From IMG/VR virus record IMGVR_UViG_3300037149_000100: a stretch of DNA of 64,000 nucleotides. One strand, given 5' to 3'. The stretch is from a virus. Position numbers and translations under genes: made by a program. Below are positions 10,519 through 21,859 of the stretch, piece by piece. The notes under the pieces were generated by a model. It made no database searches. It was not told the origin of the DNA and worked only from the letters and a program-made list of their open reading frames with translations. Within the stretch, counting starts at the first letter, position 1. Each line of letters opens with the position of its first letter.

Positions 10519-10716
10519 ATGAGTGATAGTTCTACAAATACGGGTGGCGGGTGTGTCACGGTCGGTGGGCTCGTTGCGGTGATATTGAGTGCTGCTCTGA
10601 ACCATTCATTCTGGTGGGGGTTGCTCCACTTTTTCTTCGGATGGTTCTATGTTTTGTACGCTTTGATTTGCCGGTCTCATGAGATCATGCCTGCCCTTCG
10701 AAGCATGTTCTCATGA
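10519..10716 (+). CDS. small membrane protein
   Basis: Two hydrophobic segments; AGGAGG RBS; follows promoter motif. Confidence 0.6.
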   Translation: MSDSSTNTGGGCVTVGGLVAVILSAALNHSFWWGLLHFFFGWFYVLYALICRSHEIMPALRSMFS

Positions 10717-10925
10717 ACGAACCCACTGAAACTGAGCTTGAGCAATTGAGGATTGAGATTAGCCAAATGTCTCATTATCAGATGGCACGTAGGTATAGGT
10801 ATGCTCCTTCGGGTGATCCGATGTTCCGCTTCGACCTTCCGTTGAACCGTTTGTTTATGGAGCGATTCAAGCAGTTGGGTGGGTGGACTCCGGAGATTTC
10901 AAAACAAGTTGGATGGGATTATTAA
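10713..10925 (+). CDS. hypothetical protein
   Basis: ATGA-coupled ORF. Confidence 0.55.
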   Translation: MNEPTETELEQLRIEISQMSHYQMARRYRYAPSGDPMFRFDLPLNRLFMERFKQLGGWTPEISKQVGWDY

Positions 10926-10926
10926 T

Positions 10927-13116
10927 ATGGCAGAAGATAACAGACCATTTGAGGAAGCTGGCAAGGGCCTCATCATCAGCACCAATAACGAGCTGATTAA
11001 CGCTCGCCACGCATATTATGCCCAAGCCCGCCCGATCATGACCGATGCGGAGTATGATCGGATGGAGCAGCAGCTATATGATATGGTGAAGGGGCTTCCC
11101 CAGTTCCGCTCCCTCGCCACCATTCTGACCACCGTTGGCTCTGACATGGTGAACAGCGGGGGTCGGATCAAGCACCGGACCCCCATGTTGAGTCTGGATA
11201 AGACCTACGATTTCGCAGAGCTTACCAGTTGGCTCGAACAGTTCCCCGGTCAACAATTCGTGATTGAACCGAAGGTTGATGGCTGCTCGTGCTCCACAAT
11301 CTATATCAATCGCAAACTCATCAAAGCGGTAACCCGTGGTGACGGGCTGTTCGGTGAGGATGTGACGAAGCAGATGGCTGCAAGTGGCGCGGTTCCACTG
11401 ACCTTACCGGAAGAGTTCTACCCAGAGACCCCCGTGGAAATCAGGGGAGAGGTGTTCATTGCCGTTTCCCAGTTTGACAAGTTAAACAAGGAATTGGAAG
11501 CTGAGGGTGAGAAGCCGTATGCCTCGCCTCGCAATCTTGCTGCCGGTTCGATGAAGCTGTTGGACCTTGAAGCAGTTCGGCGGCGGGGCCTACGCATGTT
11601 CGTATGGGAGGTGAACGGCATCCCTCAAGACTACCTGAGCAAACGCTCCGCCTCCCTGGACTACTGTCATCAGGCCATCCAATACGTGACCCGCACGAAC
11701 CCCTGCTTCCCTCAATCCATCCTGAGCGTCTGCTGTGATCCGCAGGGAGTGGTGGATGCGATTGATAATCAAATCCGCAAAGAGCGGGAGATTGTCTGGC
11801 TAGGTGGCTTGGGTATGCATACCGATGGGGTGGTCATTAAGCTGGTTAGCCCACAGGCCCGCAAGGAAGCGGGTTTGGGCACACGAACACCGCACTGGGG
11901 TCTCGCATGGAAATACCCCTCTGAGAAGAAGGGAACGGTCCTGAAGGATGTGGTATGGCAGACCGGTCGAACCGGAAGCCTCACTCCCGTTGGTATCCTC
12001 GATCCCATCAATATTGGTGGAGCGATGGTCAGCAGGGTAAATCTGAATAATTATTCTTTCATAACCGAATTGGGAATTGGTATCGGTGATGAAGTTTTGA
12101 TAAAGCGTGGAGGGGAGGTGATCCCTGTGTGCAGTGGGATTAGCCTAAAATCCCCCACTTCCATTCTCATTCCTGAACCAACTGTGTGTGCTTGCGGAGC
12201 ACCAATCATTAGTGGAATTAACCCCAAATCCGGTGTGCTGACTCACTGGTGCGATAACTTTGAATGCTCCGAGCAATTGAAGGCTAAGCTCTGCTATGTG
12301 GCGGATCGCTCTGTTCTGGAGATTGATGAACTCGGCCCTGAACTATCCACCAAGCTGGTTGAAGAAGATTTTGTCACCACCTTCTCCGACCTGATGGAGT
12401 TCTCTAACAGCATCATCACTGGTCTGGAGAAGAGCAAGTCTGAAGCAGTCTCTCTCAAACTTACTGGTTTGGGTTTTAGTGCTGCCCAGATCATCAAGAT
12501 GTGCAAATCTCTAGAAACTGTGAAGACCCGTGAGTGGGACCGATGGTTGGCAAGCCTTGAAATTCCAGGTATTGGCAGGGTAATGAGTAAGGGACTGGCC
12601 ACTCTGTGCCGACTCCAACCGGATGATATGCCTCGTCTCAGGGATATCCTCACCAAAGCTTTGAATGGTGAGAAGATTGACGGTATCGGAGATGTGAAGA
12701 AAACTGAGGTGCTGTCCTATTTTGCCACGCATGGTCAATATTTCGATGAAGAGGTCCAGGCGCTCTACGATGCGGGGGTCAGGCCCAAGGCTTTGATTCA
12801 GGCAGCCGTAGCGGGCGAGCAGCCCTTGGCTGGCTATGTGGTTTGCATCACCGGGGAGTTCTACAGTTTCGGTGAGCGAGAACATCTGCAAAAATGCCTC
12901 GCTAGCATTGGGGCTACCATCAAGACCGGAGTGAGCAAGAAGCTGACCCATCTGATTGCCGGTGCTGAAGCGGGGCGCTCTAAGTTGGCTAAGGCGAAAG
13001 AGTTGAACATCCCGCTGCTCAGAGAAGATTGGCTGCGATTGGCATTTACGGATAATCACCTCCCACTGAAACCTAAGGGATTTGAAGCTGAAGATGCGGA
13101 CGATGGATTCATCTGA
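10927..13116 (+). CDS. ligA: NAD-dependent DNA ligase
   Basis: MTDAEYD, HRTPMLSL, EPKVDG, TRGDG, EIRGE, PRNLAAGS, DGVVIK, GRTG, Zn finger, C-terminal BRCT (VSKKLTHLIAG). Confidence 0.96.
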   Translation: MAEDNRPFEEAGKGLIISTNNELINARHAYYAQARPIMTDAEYDRMEQQLYDMVKGLPQFRSLATILTTVGSDMVNSGGRIKHRTPMLSLDKTYDFAELTSWLEQFPGQQFVIEPKVDGCSCSTIYINRKLIKAVTRGDGLFGEDVTKQMAASGAVPLTLPEEFYPETPVEIRGEVFIAVSQFDKLNKELEAEGEKPYASPRNLAAGSMKLLDLEAVRRRGLRMFVWEVNGIPQDYLSKRSASLDYCHQAIQYVTRTNPCFPQSILSVCCDPQGVVDAIDNQIRKEREIVWLGGLGMHTDGVVIKLVSPQARKEAGLGTRTPHWGLAWKYPSEKKGTVLKDVVWQTGRTGSLTPVGILDPINIGGAMVSRVNLNNYSFITELGIGIGDEVLIKRGGEVIPVCSGISLKSPTSILIPEPTVCACGAPIISGINPKSGVLTHWCDNFECSEQLKAKLCYVADRSVLEIDELGPELSTKLVEEDFVTTFSDLMEFSNSIITGLEKSKSEAVSLKLTGLGFSAAQIIKMCKSLETVKTREWDRWLASLEIPGIGRVMSKGLATLCRLQPDDMPRLRDILTKALNGEKIDGIGDVKKTEVLSYFATHGQYFDEEVQALYDAGVRPKALIQAAVAGEQPLAGYVVCITGEFYSFGEREHLQKCLASIGATIKTGVSKKLTHLIAGAEAGRSKLAKAKELNIPLLREDWLRLAFTDNHLPLKPKGFEAEDADDGFI

Positions 13117-13141
13117 GTATTAGAAAGGAGGAGATGAGAAA

Positions 13142-13507
13142 ATGGGATGGGGGGAGTGCATCGTGAACTATTTTCAAGAAAAGGCGAATGGGGCTGACAT
13201 TGAGTTCACGCTTAACCGACTAAGCTCTTATCACAGGGGGGAATGGACGGTGAGCAACGGGGTTAGTTTCAAGCTTCACCCAAATCGCATGGCATATGCT
13301 TGGGTTGTCAGAGATGGCACTCGAATGGATATGTGGGAAACCAATTCAGGTTATTTGGTTTCGGATCCTCTGCTCAAGCAGTGGCTCTATGAGGGAGTGG
13401 CTCTGTTAGACCAAGAGCTAAAAGAACAAAGTCAGAGATGGGCTGCCGAACGAGCCCAAACAGAAAAAGAATTCGCAGCAATTTACCAACAACAGGAGTC
13501 TAAATGA
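13142..13507 (+). CDS. hypothetical protein
   Basis: Strong RBS downstream of promoter motif. Confidence 0.55.
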   Translation: MGWGECIVNYFQEKANGADIEFTLNRLSSYHRGEWTVSNGVSFKLHPNRMAYAWVVRDGTRMDMWETNSGYLVSDPLLKQWLYEGVALLDQELKEQSQRWAAERAQTEKEFAAIYQQQESK

Positions 13508-13740
13508 TTATCACGCAAACCGTAGCCGATAGGCTGAAGAACAATCTCATGTTCGACAAGACCAACATCATGGGTGCCCAGGGGGCGATTCAAATTCTGT
13601 TCCGCAATGAGGACCAGCAATCAGTTGAAACCCTCTACTCTCTCCTCCGCAGTATCTCTGAGGGTGCGGATCGGTTGGTTGGGTTGGAAGTTCCCGATAC
13701 AGAATTTTCTGGATCGATGGACTACAAAGACCAAAATTGA
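13504..13740 (+). CDS. hypothetical protein
   Basis: Coupled ORF with AGGAG RBS. Confidence 0.5.
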   Translation: MIITQTVADRLKNNLMFDKTNIMGAQGAIQILFRNEDQQSVETLYSLLRSISEGADRLVGLEVPDTEFSGSMDYKDQN

Positions 13741-13833
13741 GTAATACGTAGTAGGCACACGCCTTGCCGGTGTGGTGGTTCCCCTCCCTCCCACCCCCGG
13801 TAGTTTGAAGGACTTGATGATTGGTCCTTGTTC

Positions 13834-13866
13834 AAGCCCCCACCAAACAGTGGGGGTTCTTTTTTT
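13834..13866 (+). terminator. Rho-independent terminator
   Basis: GCCCCCAC...GTGGGGGT followed by a long T tract. Confidence 0.8.
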
Positions 13867-13867
13867 G

Positions 13868-13897
13868 TTGACAAGAAGATTCGATTCTGGCTATACT
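13868..13897 (+). promoter_or_regulatory. sigma70-like promoter
   Basis: TTGACA-N18-TATACT. Confidence 0.55.
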
Positions 13898-13952
13898 TAG
13901 TTCTTACGGTGCGTCTCGCACAAAACTGAGTATTACATAACAGGAGGAGCAC

Positions 13953-14762
13953 ATGGGACAACCCATCAAGGGCACGATCAGCAATATCATCTTCATCAAA
14001 GGGACCGGGAAGGATAATAGGGCTGCATATCAGGTTGGCACCGAGAGGGTGCCAGCGGCAGTCATTACTCGGCTATTGTCGGCAGTTGAAGGGGTGTCGG
14101 GCTTTCCTTTAGACCGCCACTTCTACCTAGGACTGAAGCGATACCCCGCTTTTATGGATGAGCTAGATGCCCAGGATATCTCTCCTGCCATCGCTATCGC
14201 AGACCTCCAGAAACTTCAAGAGGGGACTAGTGCATTGTATTCGAGTAACCCCATCAACGCCTCTGGGGCTCGTAATGAGGCAGAAATGGAAAACATCATT
14301 GAGATGTTGACGGGGGTGAAGGTTCGACACTACGTAAAGAGTAACCCTAGGACGCATCTGCGATATGGCGCTGACCCTGAATGTGTGCATCACTTTCCCG
14401 CACTCCAGAGAGGGCCTCAGAAGCATAAAGTGATTCCGGACCAAACTATGTGGGTTCCAGCCCTCCGTCACACCTACTTTGTGGAGGATAGAACCCAGAC
14501 GGTTGGAGGTTCGGTTGACGCAAAGATATATAAGCTCCCCTCCCAGTATTTGAAAAATGGAGACATGTCGAAGGACCAAACTCTGGTGCTTGTGGCTGAT
14601 GCCCCTGGCATCCCTGACTACGAAAAAGAAGCTATTGAGAGGGAGTTTCGTGATGCTGGTGCATTAGCGGGACGGAATTACCTGCTTTTCTGGTCTAAGG
14701 TGGATTTCGCAAAGGCATTTTCCAAGCCCATGAGTGAATGGCCAAAGACCCAGGGAGAGTAA
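13953..14762 (+). CDS. putative PD-(D/E)xK endonuclease
   Basis: IPD...FVEDRTQTVGGSVDAKI resembles the E-x-K-x-Q...GSVDEK nuclease motif; abuts a methyltransferase gene. Confidence 0.55.
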   Translation: MGQPIKGTISNIIFIKGTGKDNRAAYQVGTERVPAAVITRLLSAVEGVSGFPLDRHFYLGLKRYPAFMDELDAQDISPAIAIADLQKLQEGTSALYSSNPINASGARNEAEMENIIEMLTGVKVRHYVKSNPRTHLRYGADPECVHHFPALQRGPQKHKVIPDQTMWVPALRHTYFVEDRTQTVGGSVDAKIYKLPSQYLKNGDMSKDQTLVLVADAPGIPDYEKEAIEREFRDAGALAGRNYLLFWSKVDFAKAFSKPMSEWPKTQGE

Positions 14763-14766
14763 TGTA

Positions 14767-15501
14767 GTGTTGGAATTAAATAGAATCTATTGCGAGAATT
14801 GTTTGGACACGATGCTCAAGCTTCCGAAAGAATGTATAGATTTGGTAGTGACGAGCCCCCCTTATGATGATTTACGATGCTACAATGGCTATAGCTTTGA
14901 TTTTGAGGTAGTCGCTAAGGAGTTGTGTCGTATCCTGAAGCCTGGGGGGGTTATCGTTTGGATAGTGGGAGACTCGGTTCAGAAAGGTTCTGAGTCTCTT
15001 ACGTCTTTCAAACAGGCTCTGTTCTTCAAGGGCCTAGGGCTAAATATCCATGACACAATGATTTATGAGAAGAACAGCCCCGCTTATCCAGCCAGAGCAT
15101 GTGGCAACCGCTATACACAGATATTCGAATACATGTTCATCGTTACAAAGGGGAAGCCCAAGACGGTCAATTTGATTTGTGATAAACCAAACAAGTGGGC
15201 TGGATGGAAGGATTTTTCAGGGAAACTGAAGAACCCCGTCCCTGATTTTTCTCCCCGCTGGAACATTTGGCGCTATGTGACGAGCTTCAATGGGGTGAAG
15301 CACCCCGCTCCCTTTCCTGAAAGTCTTTGTAGGGATCACATTATCACATGGTCTAATCCAGACGATATTGTGTATGACCCTTTCATGGGGAGTGGAACCA
15401 CAGCAAAGATGGCCCTGTTGGAGAAAAGAAAGTTTATCGGAAGCGAAATTTCAGAGGCATACTGTCTGATAGCTGAGGAACGAATTAAGAGTCTCCTATA
15501 G
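14767..15501 (+). CDS. beta-class N4-C/N6-A DNA methyltransferase
   Basis: VVTSPPY precedes HPAPFP and DPFMGSGTT. Confidence 0.92.
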   Translation: MLELNRIYCENCLDTMLKLPKECIDLVVTSPPYDDLRCYNGYSFDFEVVAKELCRILKPGGVIVWIVGDSVQKGSESLTSFKQALFFKGLGLNIHDTMIYEKNSPAYPARACGNRYTQIFEYMFIVTKGKPKTVNLICDKPNKWAGWKDFSGKLKNPVPDFSPRWNIWRYVTSFNGVKHPAPFPESLCRDHIITWSNPDDIVYDPFMGSGTTAKMALLEKRKFIGSEISEAYCLIAEERIKSLL

Positions 15502-15546
15502 ACAAACTGACCCAATTGAGAGTATAATAGAGAGAAGGAGATTCCG

Positions 15547-17365
15547 ATGTCTGACCCAAGTCTGGTCGCACTGCCCCCTGAGGAAAAGCTGAAGGCCATC
15601 GCTGAACGTCTCCGTGACAAGGTTGCGGATTGGGGGGAGTGGGGTGGCGAGATGTACTGCTACGATGATGGGGAAGCTGCCCGTGATGAAGGTAAGGCCC
15701 TGGCCTACGAACAGGCTGCAGACGACCTGGAATGGATACTTCGTGCGTTCGGATTGGAGAAATCATGAAACACAAGACCAAGACCATCAATTACCTCTCG
15801 TTCCGCGACATGGTGGCTCGGCTTGTCCCCAGGACGGCAGATGCTGGCCCCGCTGACGGGTTCCCGGTGGTGTTCTGCTTCCCTGGCATCGTGGAGGGCC
15901 TACCGGAATACATGATGGGCACCTACCTGATCGTGTCCTCCATGGTGGCCCAGCATCCGGACATTGCCATAACCCGCCCTGACGTTCTTGCCCCCAACAC
16001 CGGTCCCACTGCAATCCGAGAGAATGGCCAGATCGTGGCCGTCAGGGGGTTCCAACGGTTTTAGAGAGATTCTCAAGGTGCATCCTGCACGAACCGAGTA
16101 TTAATAACCAAAAGGAGAAGCCTGAATGCCTACTGGATACACCGCAATGATTTTCGAAGGGGCGACTGCCAAACAGTTCGCCGCTAGATGCATGAGGGCA
16201 TTCGGAGTCGCAGCCCACATGCGAGATGACGACTGGGATAAGGAAGTTCCCCGCCAACTTCTTGAAGACGAAAGCACTTGGCATAAGGAGGGACTCGAAA
16301 AGGCCAAGGCTGAACTGGAAGCATGGCATCTGATGCCTATGATGGATAAAATCATTTGGGCTCAGACTACAATCGATGATCGGATTGCTCGTTATGAAGC
16401 TGAGATTGCTGAAAATGAGATGAACAATTTGAAGTTGAAGAAGACCTTCGTTCTGATTTCCCACATGGCAGTTCCGGAGGAACTCAACAATTTTAAGAGC
16501 TTCATGCTGGAACAGCTTAGCACCAGCATGGAGGACTCATCCTACTACAGGGAGGAAATCCAGAAGTTTAAAGAGAAGACCCCTGAAAGTTTCATAGCAG
16601 ATCATTCGGAACAATTGGGGTGGGTGGTGAAGAATCATCAGAAACGTTTGGAAGAAGGCAGGGAGTGTCTGGTGAAAAATAATCGTATTCTTGCTCTGAT
16701 GTGGGCTGCGATTGACAGCATCCCTGAATAGTGGTAAAATAAGACAAGGGGTAAGAATGAGCACCGGACTGAGCAGATTTTTCATTGAGTCCAGCAAGGA
16801 TATTCCTGGCTGGACGGAGGAGCATAATACGGCCCTGGTCGATCTGATGAACAACCATGATTCAGTATTTTGGGAGGCGTGGATATGGGGGTTTCGAACA
16901 GGCTACCGTAAAGGGGTAGTCCTGGTATCTATCGCCCCGGAGGATCTCCCTGGCCCGTTGAAGTCCAGGGTCGTACCGGTGAGTCGCCAGACTGAGTTCG
17001 TCACGGTCTGCAAATCTCGTGTGGCCGGTGAGACCCCTCGCAAGAAAACGATGGCTCTGGTGGATGAGTTGCCTGATGCCAAATACATCACGGCTGTGCT
17101 CTATCATAAGGATGTGCTGGCTGAAGATTCAGACCGCTCCACTGAGTGTGATTGGGAGGTCGTGGCTGTTCTGTGTCAGGTGGACGAGGAAGAGCCCATG
17201 ACCCCCGCTACGATGATGAGCAATCATTTCAAAGCGGATGGTGGAACCGCCACCCTGATGAGTCCTGAAACGTTTGAAGCAGAGCTTCGAAAAGCTTACA
17301 ACTACTGGAAGAACAGGGCTATGGGAATCACAAAAGAGGAGTGGAACGAAGACAATGGAAATTAG
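15547..17365 (+). CDS. four hypothetical proteins (15547-15768, 15765-16064, 16126-16731, 16757-17365)
   Basis: Co-oriented ORFs with RBSs; no recognised motif. Confidence 0.55.
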
Positions 17366-17825
17366 TGTGATTTACATCGATCAAGATGGTGTGCTAGCTC
17401 ATTTTGATAAATGGAAAGATGCCCAGCCGGGGATCACTAGGGAGACCCTGTGGGATGAGGTGAAGAAAATCCCCCATTTTTATTCCACCCTAGAGGTAAT
17501 GCCAGAGGCACACCGGCTCATGAGCTACCTCCAGAGCCTTCACATCCCTTTGGCCATCCTGACGGGCATTCCACGCAGAGCTACGGTGCCAGATGCAGAA
17601 CAGGACAAAGCCGAATGGATACTCAAGAATTTTGGCCATATCGAGTTTCACATTGGTCCGTTCGCCCAGGATAAACAGAACTGGTCAGGTCCCGGTATGG
17701 TTTTGATAGATGACAAGCCGATCAACATCCAGCAGTGGGAACAGAAGGGAGGGAAGGGGTTCCTCTACGAGGGATTCCTGGTCCTCTACGACGAAATGCA
17801 GGAATACCTTAAAGAGAGCATTTAG
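17355..17825 (+). CDS. HAD-family 5'(3')-nucleotidase (NT5C-like)
   Basis: YIDQDGVLAHF, ILTG, K, LIDDKP motifs. Confidence 0.85.
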   Translation: MEISVIYIDQDGVLAHFDKWKDAQPGITRETLWDEVKKIPHFYSTLEVMPEAHRLMSYLQSLHIPLAILTGIPRRATVPDAEQDKAEWILKNFGHIEFHIGPFAQDKQNWSGPGMVLIDDKPINIQQWEQKGGKGFLYEGFLVLYDEMQEYLKESI

Positions 17826-17884
17826 TCATTTTGGACAGGCAAAAACGCTGTAAAAGACAGCCCCTTAGCTATTAAGGAGATCCG

Positions 17885-19763
17885 ATGGACGAAGCACAAA
17901 GAAGGGCAATTGAGTGGTATTCCCATTACCATAATTCACTTAAAGAAGGAGAAAAATTGGGCTCTCAGGAAGTTAAACATGCTTACCGAATTGATGATGA
18001 CACTCCCGCTGAGGTGTGGTATAATGATACCACGGTCCTAGAGCCGTGGAACCCATCCGAAGCAGACATTCAGATGCTTCATGCATGTGGGTTCGACTGG
18101 CTCTAACCTCACCCAAAGGAGCTTCTCATGCATCATCCCATTCTTCTTATCTCCGGCTCCGCCCTCATCGGATGGCTGATCCCCGAGTTTTTCCTCGCAA
18201 TCTCTCACAGAAAGTTGACTGTGCCCGCACTGTGCAACATCATTTCCGCCGTGGGCTGTGGCCTTATTGTCGCTGCTATCGTCTGCCACTAAAGGAGCTT
18301 CGCATGGTCCCTATCCTCACTGTCAACACTCTCGTGTTCCTGTTTCTTGCCGTCATTTGGCAGCGGAGCGGTGGGTTCAACCTCTTCATGAAGTTCCTTT
18401 TCTGGGGGCTGACTCTGGTCAACGGTGTGACCCTGGCCCATGTGCTGGGATTCGTGGTGAAGGGGTGAGCATGGCTGAGCGTCCAACCATCGCTGTGGAT
18501 CTGGAGACCTGGAACATCCTTCTGGAGGAACGGGATTCCTGCTATCAGGCCCTTAAGGATATCATCCGACACCAGTGCTACGTGGCCGGAACAATGGCCG
18601 TGCATAGTTCCGTTCTGGCTATAGCTCGTCCGGTCGTCCAGAAGATCGAGCAGAGGGCGGATGTGTCATGATGCTCAGAGTCGTCAATCCCCATGACAGC
18701 CAGCATTTCCGAGACCGGCTGTTCACCCGGTTTGGCATCCTCCTGACCGCTTCTGACATGTGGCCTCTCCGAGACCAGCTTTGTACACTCAAGCCGGTCA
18801 AGATAGAAGATGGGGTTGCCACTTATCTGATGCGGCTTCAGGGCCGAGTCGTGTATGTGCTCTATGGTATCAAGCAGCAGAGGTTTATTACCGCTACTCA
18901 ACTGAATCACACCGAAACCATGGAGGCTGCGAGACTCAAATGAAAGCGAAATCCTACCAAGACTGGAAGATCCTGGGCTACCACGTTCGGAGGGGCGAGA
19001 AGGCCACCGGAGTAGACAGAGACGGCATTCCTACCTTCACCATCGATCAGACGGACCTGATTGAGGATGAGCTGGACTACCGGGACTGGCACGGTCTGGA
19101 TTAATTCTATACAAATCCCTCCAAAATCGGGTATAATAGGATAGGAGGGTCTATGACCAAGACCGAAACCCTGGCCAAGCTGCTCACTGAGGTGGGCCTG
19201 AAGGAAGTGACGGACCAACACCGTACCAAGAAATACCGGGTCTTCACTTCCATGGAGGAAGGTAAGTTCTATTTCGTCGGAACCCATGGGGCTCTGCGGA
19301 AGGGAGCAAAGTCCACTGACAGCATTTCGCTGGATGCCGATGTCTACATCGACAAAATCAAGCGCATTCTCAAGAAACGAAAGGAAGATTCCGAATGAAA
19401 TTCTATCCCAACTCTTTTCTAGTCAAGAAACAAGGGCTCTCTGAGGAAGAAGTAAAGCTCATCGTGCTGAAGCATGAAGAGCGGGAAAAGGTCTTTGAGC
19501 AGATGGAGCGAATAGAGGATCCTCGTATGCTCCACTCTTTTGCCTCCCTGGTGGAACTGATTGAGTTTGAACTCCAGAAGCTTTGGAAGTTCCCCCAGGA
19601 TGCCCAACAGCACTGCTGGTGGTTCCGGGTGCCCCACTGTCGCTGCCCTAAGCTGGACAATGCTGAGCGGGTCGGCACCGGCCAGCGAGTCATCAACGGA
19701 GACTGCCCGGTGCATGGGTTCGAAGAGGAAGTTTCCCGCTTGCCGAATAAGCCCTTGTGCTAG
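17885..19763 (+). CDS. run of small hypothetical proteins (e.g. 17885-18106, 18668-18943, 19153-19398, 19395-19763)
   Basis: Short co-oriented ORFs with RBSs and coupled junctions. Confidence 0.5.
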
Positions 19764-19800
19764 AATCGCCAAATAGGGTATAATAAGGTGAGGAGTTAAA

Positions 19801-20937
19801 ATGCTTGAAGTTCAGAAGTTCCTTAAGAACGGCGGAACTCTTGAGATGCTCAAGGCAGACTACGGCATTAGTGCTCGTGTGAACGAGAGGCTGGGGGTAA
19901 CTTGCCTCAATTACTCTCAAATCATGTCTCCAATGGGTCAGAAGATCGTCAGAGAGTGTCGTGCATTGGTGCTGGAGAGCACCACCTGGGAGGTGAAGTC
20001 ATGCTCCTTCGAACGCTTCTTCAACTTCGGTGAGGGGCACATCCCCAAGGACTTTGACTGGGACAACTTCCAGACGCTGGAGAAGCTGGATGGGTCGCTG
20101 ATTCACTTCTGGTTCCATGACACTGAAGGCTGGCAGTGCGGCACCCGTTCGGTTCCGGATGCGGATACCGGCATGGATGACTCCGGTCTCACATTCAAGC
20201 AGTTGGTCATCCAGACCATCAATGAGATGGGATCGTGTTGGGCTCACTGGACCGACAGCCTCATTCCAGGCTACACTTTTACCTTTGAATTGACCTCGCC
20301 AGAAAATATGATTGTGTGTGATTACCGGGGTCAGCGTAAGCTCACTCTGATTGGTATCCGCAACCTCGAAACCCTCAAGGAGGTGGATGTCCACCAGTGG
20401 CATCAGCCAGGGTATATTGCCCCCTGGCCGGTCGTGAAGCGTTACCCTGGCTTCACCCTGGATGCGGTGCAAGAAGCTGTACAGAAGCGTGACCCGCATG
20501 ACTTCGAGGGTTATGTGCTGGTGGATAAGAACTTTAACAGGGTGAAGATCAAGTCCTCCGCTTACGTGTTCATGTCCAGTCGTCGTGATTCCCTTGGGAA
20601 GTCGAACAAGGCACGGATCGAACTGATCCAAAATGATGCGGTGGATGATGTGCTGTCTAGCCTGCCTGAGTTCGTTCAGGGGAAAATCCTGGGTCTCCAA
20701 CGGAAGCTCAAGACCCTGGTCCAGACCTGTGATGCCCTCTATCAGGCTGTAAAGGATGAGGATACCGATAAGGACTTCGCCCTGAAGGTCCAGCACGGGG
20801 GCTACAGCAGTGTCATGTTCGCTCTGCGGCGTGGCAAGGCTGTGGATTCGTGGGAGCATTTCAAGCGGATGAGCCCCAAGCGAGTATTAGAGTATCTGGA
20901 TGAAGAAGACGACGAAGAGGAGACGGTATGCGAATAA
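19801..20937 (+). CDS. T4 Rnl1-family RNA ligase
   Basis: RECRALVL, RFFNFGE, EKLDGSL, TFEL, EGYV, RVKIKS nucleotidyltransferase motifs. Confidence 0.92.
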   Translation: MLEVQKFLKNGGTLEMLKADYGISARVNERLGVTCLNYSQIMSPMGQKIVRECRALVLESTTWEVKSCSFERFFNFGEGHIPKDFDWDNFQTLEKLDGSLIHFWFHDTEGWQCGTRSVPDADTGMDDSGLTFKQLVIQTINEMGSCWAHWTDSLIPGYTFTFELTSPENMIVCDYRGQRKLTLIGIRNLETLKEVDVHQWHQPGYIAPWPVVKRYPGFTLDAVQEAVQKRDPHDFEGYVLVDKNFNRVKIKSSAYVFMSSRRDSLGKSNKARIELIQNDAVDDVLSSLPEFVQGKILGLQRKLKTLVQTCDALYQAVKDEDTDKDFALKVQHGGYSSVMFALRRGKAVDSWEHFKRMSPKRVLEYLDEEDDEEETVCE

Positions 20938-21142
20938 TTGGTGGGGAGCCCCTCCCAAACGGGACGAAGGTTAGCTTCTGCCTATCCGATGTGGTGACTG
21001 GCACCGGTATGATTCGGGGTATCCACACGATGCCTCAGCCGGTCCTGGGCTACGGCTACATCGTGGAGTGGGACTTTCTGTCCTGTGCGCCTTACGCATA
21101 CCCCTGCATCTCCGTCTTCGATAGCGGCATCACGGTGATGGA

Positions 21143-21574
21143 ATGATTGAAGATGGAGAGCGAAGACCCGGCGTGTTCTACAAGGATGGCAGGCCCCATC
21201 ATTACGAATGCCAGGACTGCAAGAAGCCTGACCCTGTGCATTTCATGGTCAAGGACAGCATATGGGAAGAGGCGGGTATGGGTAAGGGTATTATTTGCCC
21301 CGAATGCTTCGAGATCAGACTGGGACGGAGGCTGGGGATTCAGGATTTCAAGGATGTCCCATCCAACGACATGTTCTTCTATGGGTACCAGATGGCCAAA
21401 TCGCTCTATTACAATCCCCCGTTCATCGCCATCGCCACTTCTATCAAGCGATCAACCCACCCAGGAGAGGAAGTCCTGGAAACTGGGCTGACCTTTCCCG
21501 ATTACCCCTCATGCGAATTCATCGAAGCACATTTCACGATCCTCGACTCCGAGGACAAAAAGGAAAAAGAATGA
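21143..21574 (+). CDS. Cys-rich hypothetical protein
   Basis: CQDC...FMVKDSIW...CPECFEIRLGRRL. Confidence 0.55.
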   Translation: MIEDGERRPGVFYKDGRPHHYECQDCKKPDPVHFMVKDSIWEEAGMGKGIICPECFEIRLGRRLGIQDFKDVPSNDMFFYGYQMAKSLYYNPPFIAIATSIKRSTHPGEEVLETGLTFPDYPSCEFIEAHFTILDSEDKKEKE

Positions 21575-21819
21575 AATATCTGTTTGTTTGCCTCGCCTTG
21601 GTTGCCCTGACTGCCTGTACGGATGCCCAGAGGGCCAAATATACCTCCATCGGTTCCGCTCACCACATCCAGCTTTACTCTGGGGGTAAGCTGATAGGTG
21701 AGTGGGACAGCACCGGAGCCGTCACCAATGAGGGCCAGTCTGATGGATTTGTCTTTGTGGACAAGAAAACCCGTGTGAACACGGAAATAGCCGGAGAGGT
21801 CATCATCACCCAGGAGTAA
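21571..21819 (+). CDS. putative lipoprotein
   Basis: MKYLFVCLALVALTA-C lipobox-like signal. Confidence 0.65.
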   Translation: MKYLFVCLALVALTACTDAQRAKYTSIGSAHHIQLYSGGKLIGEWDSTGAVTNEGQSDGFVFVDKKTRVNTEIAGEVIITQE

Positions 21820-21859
21820 ACCGGGACTATCTGTTTCTCAACTGAAGGCAGGGATAGAA

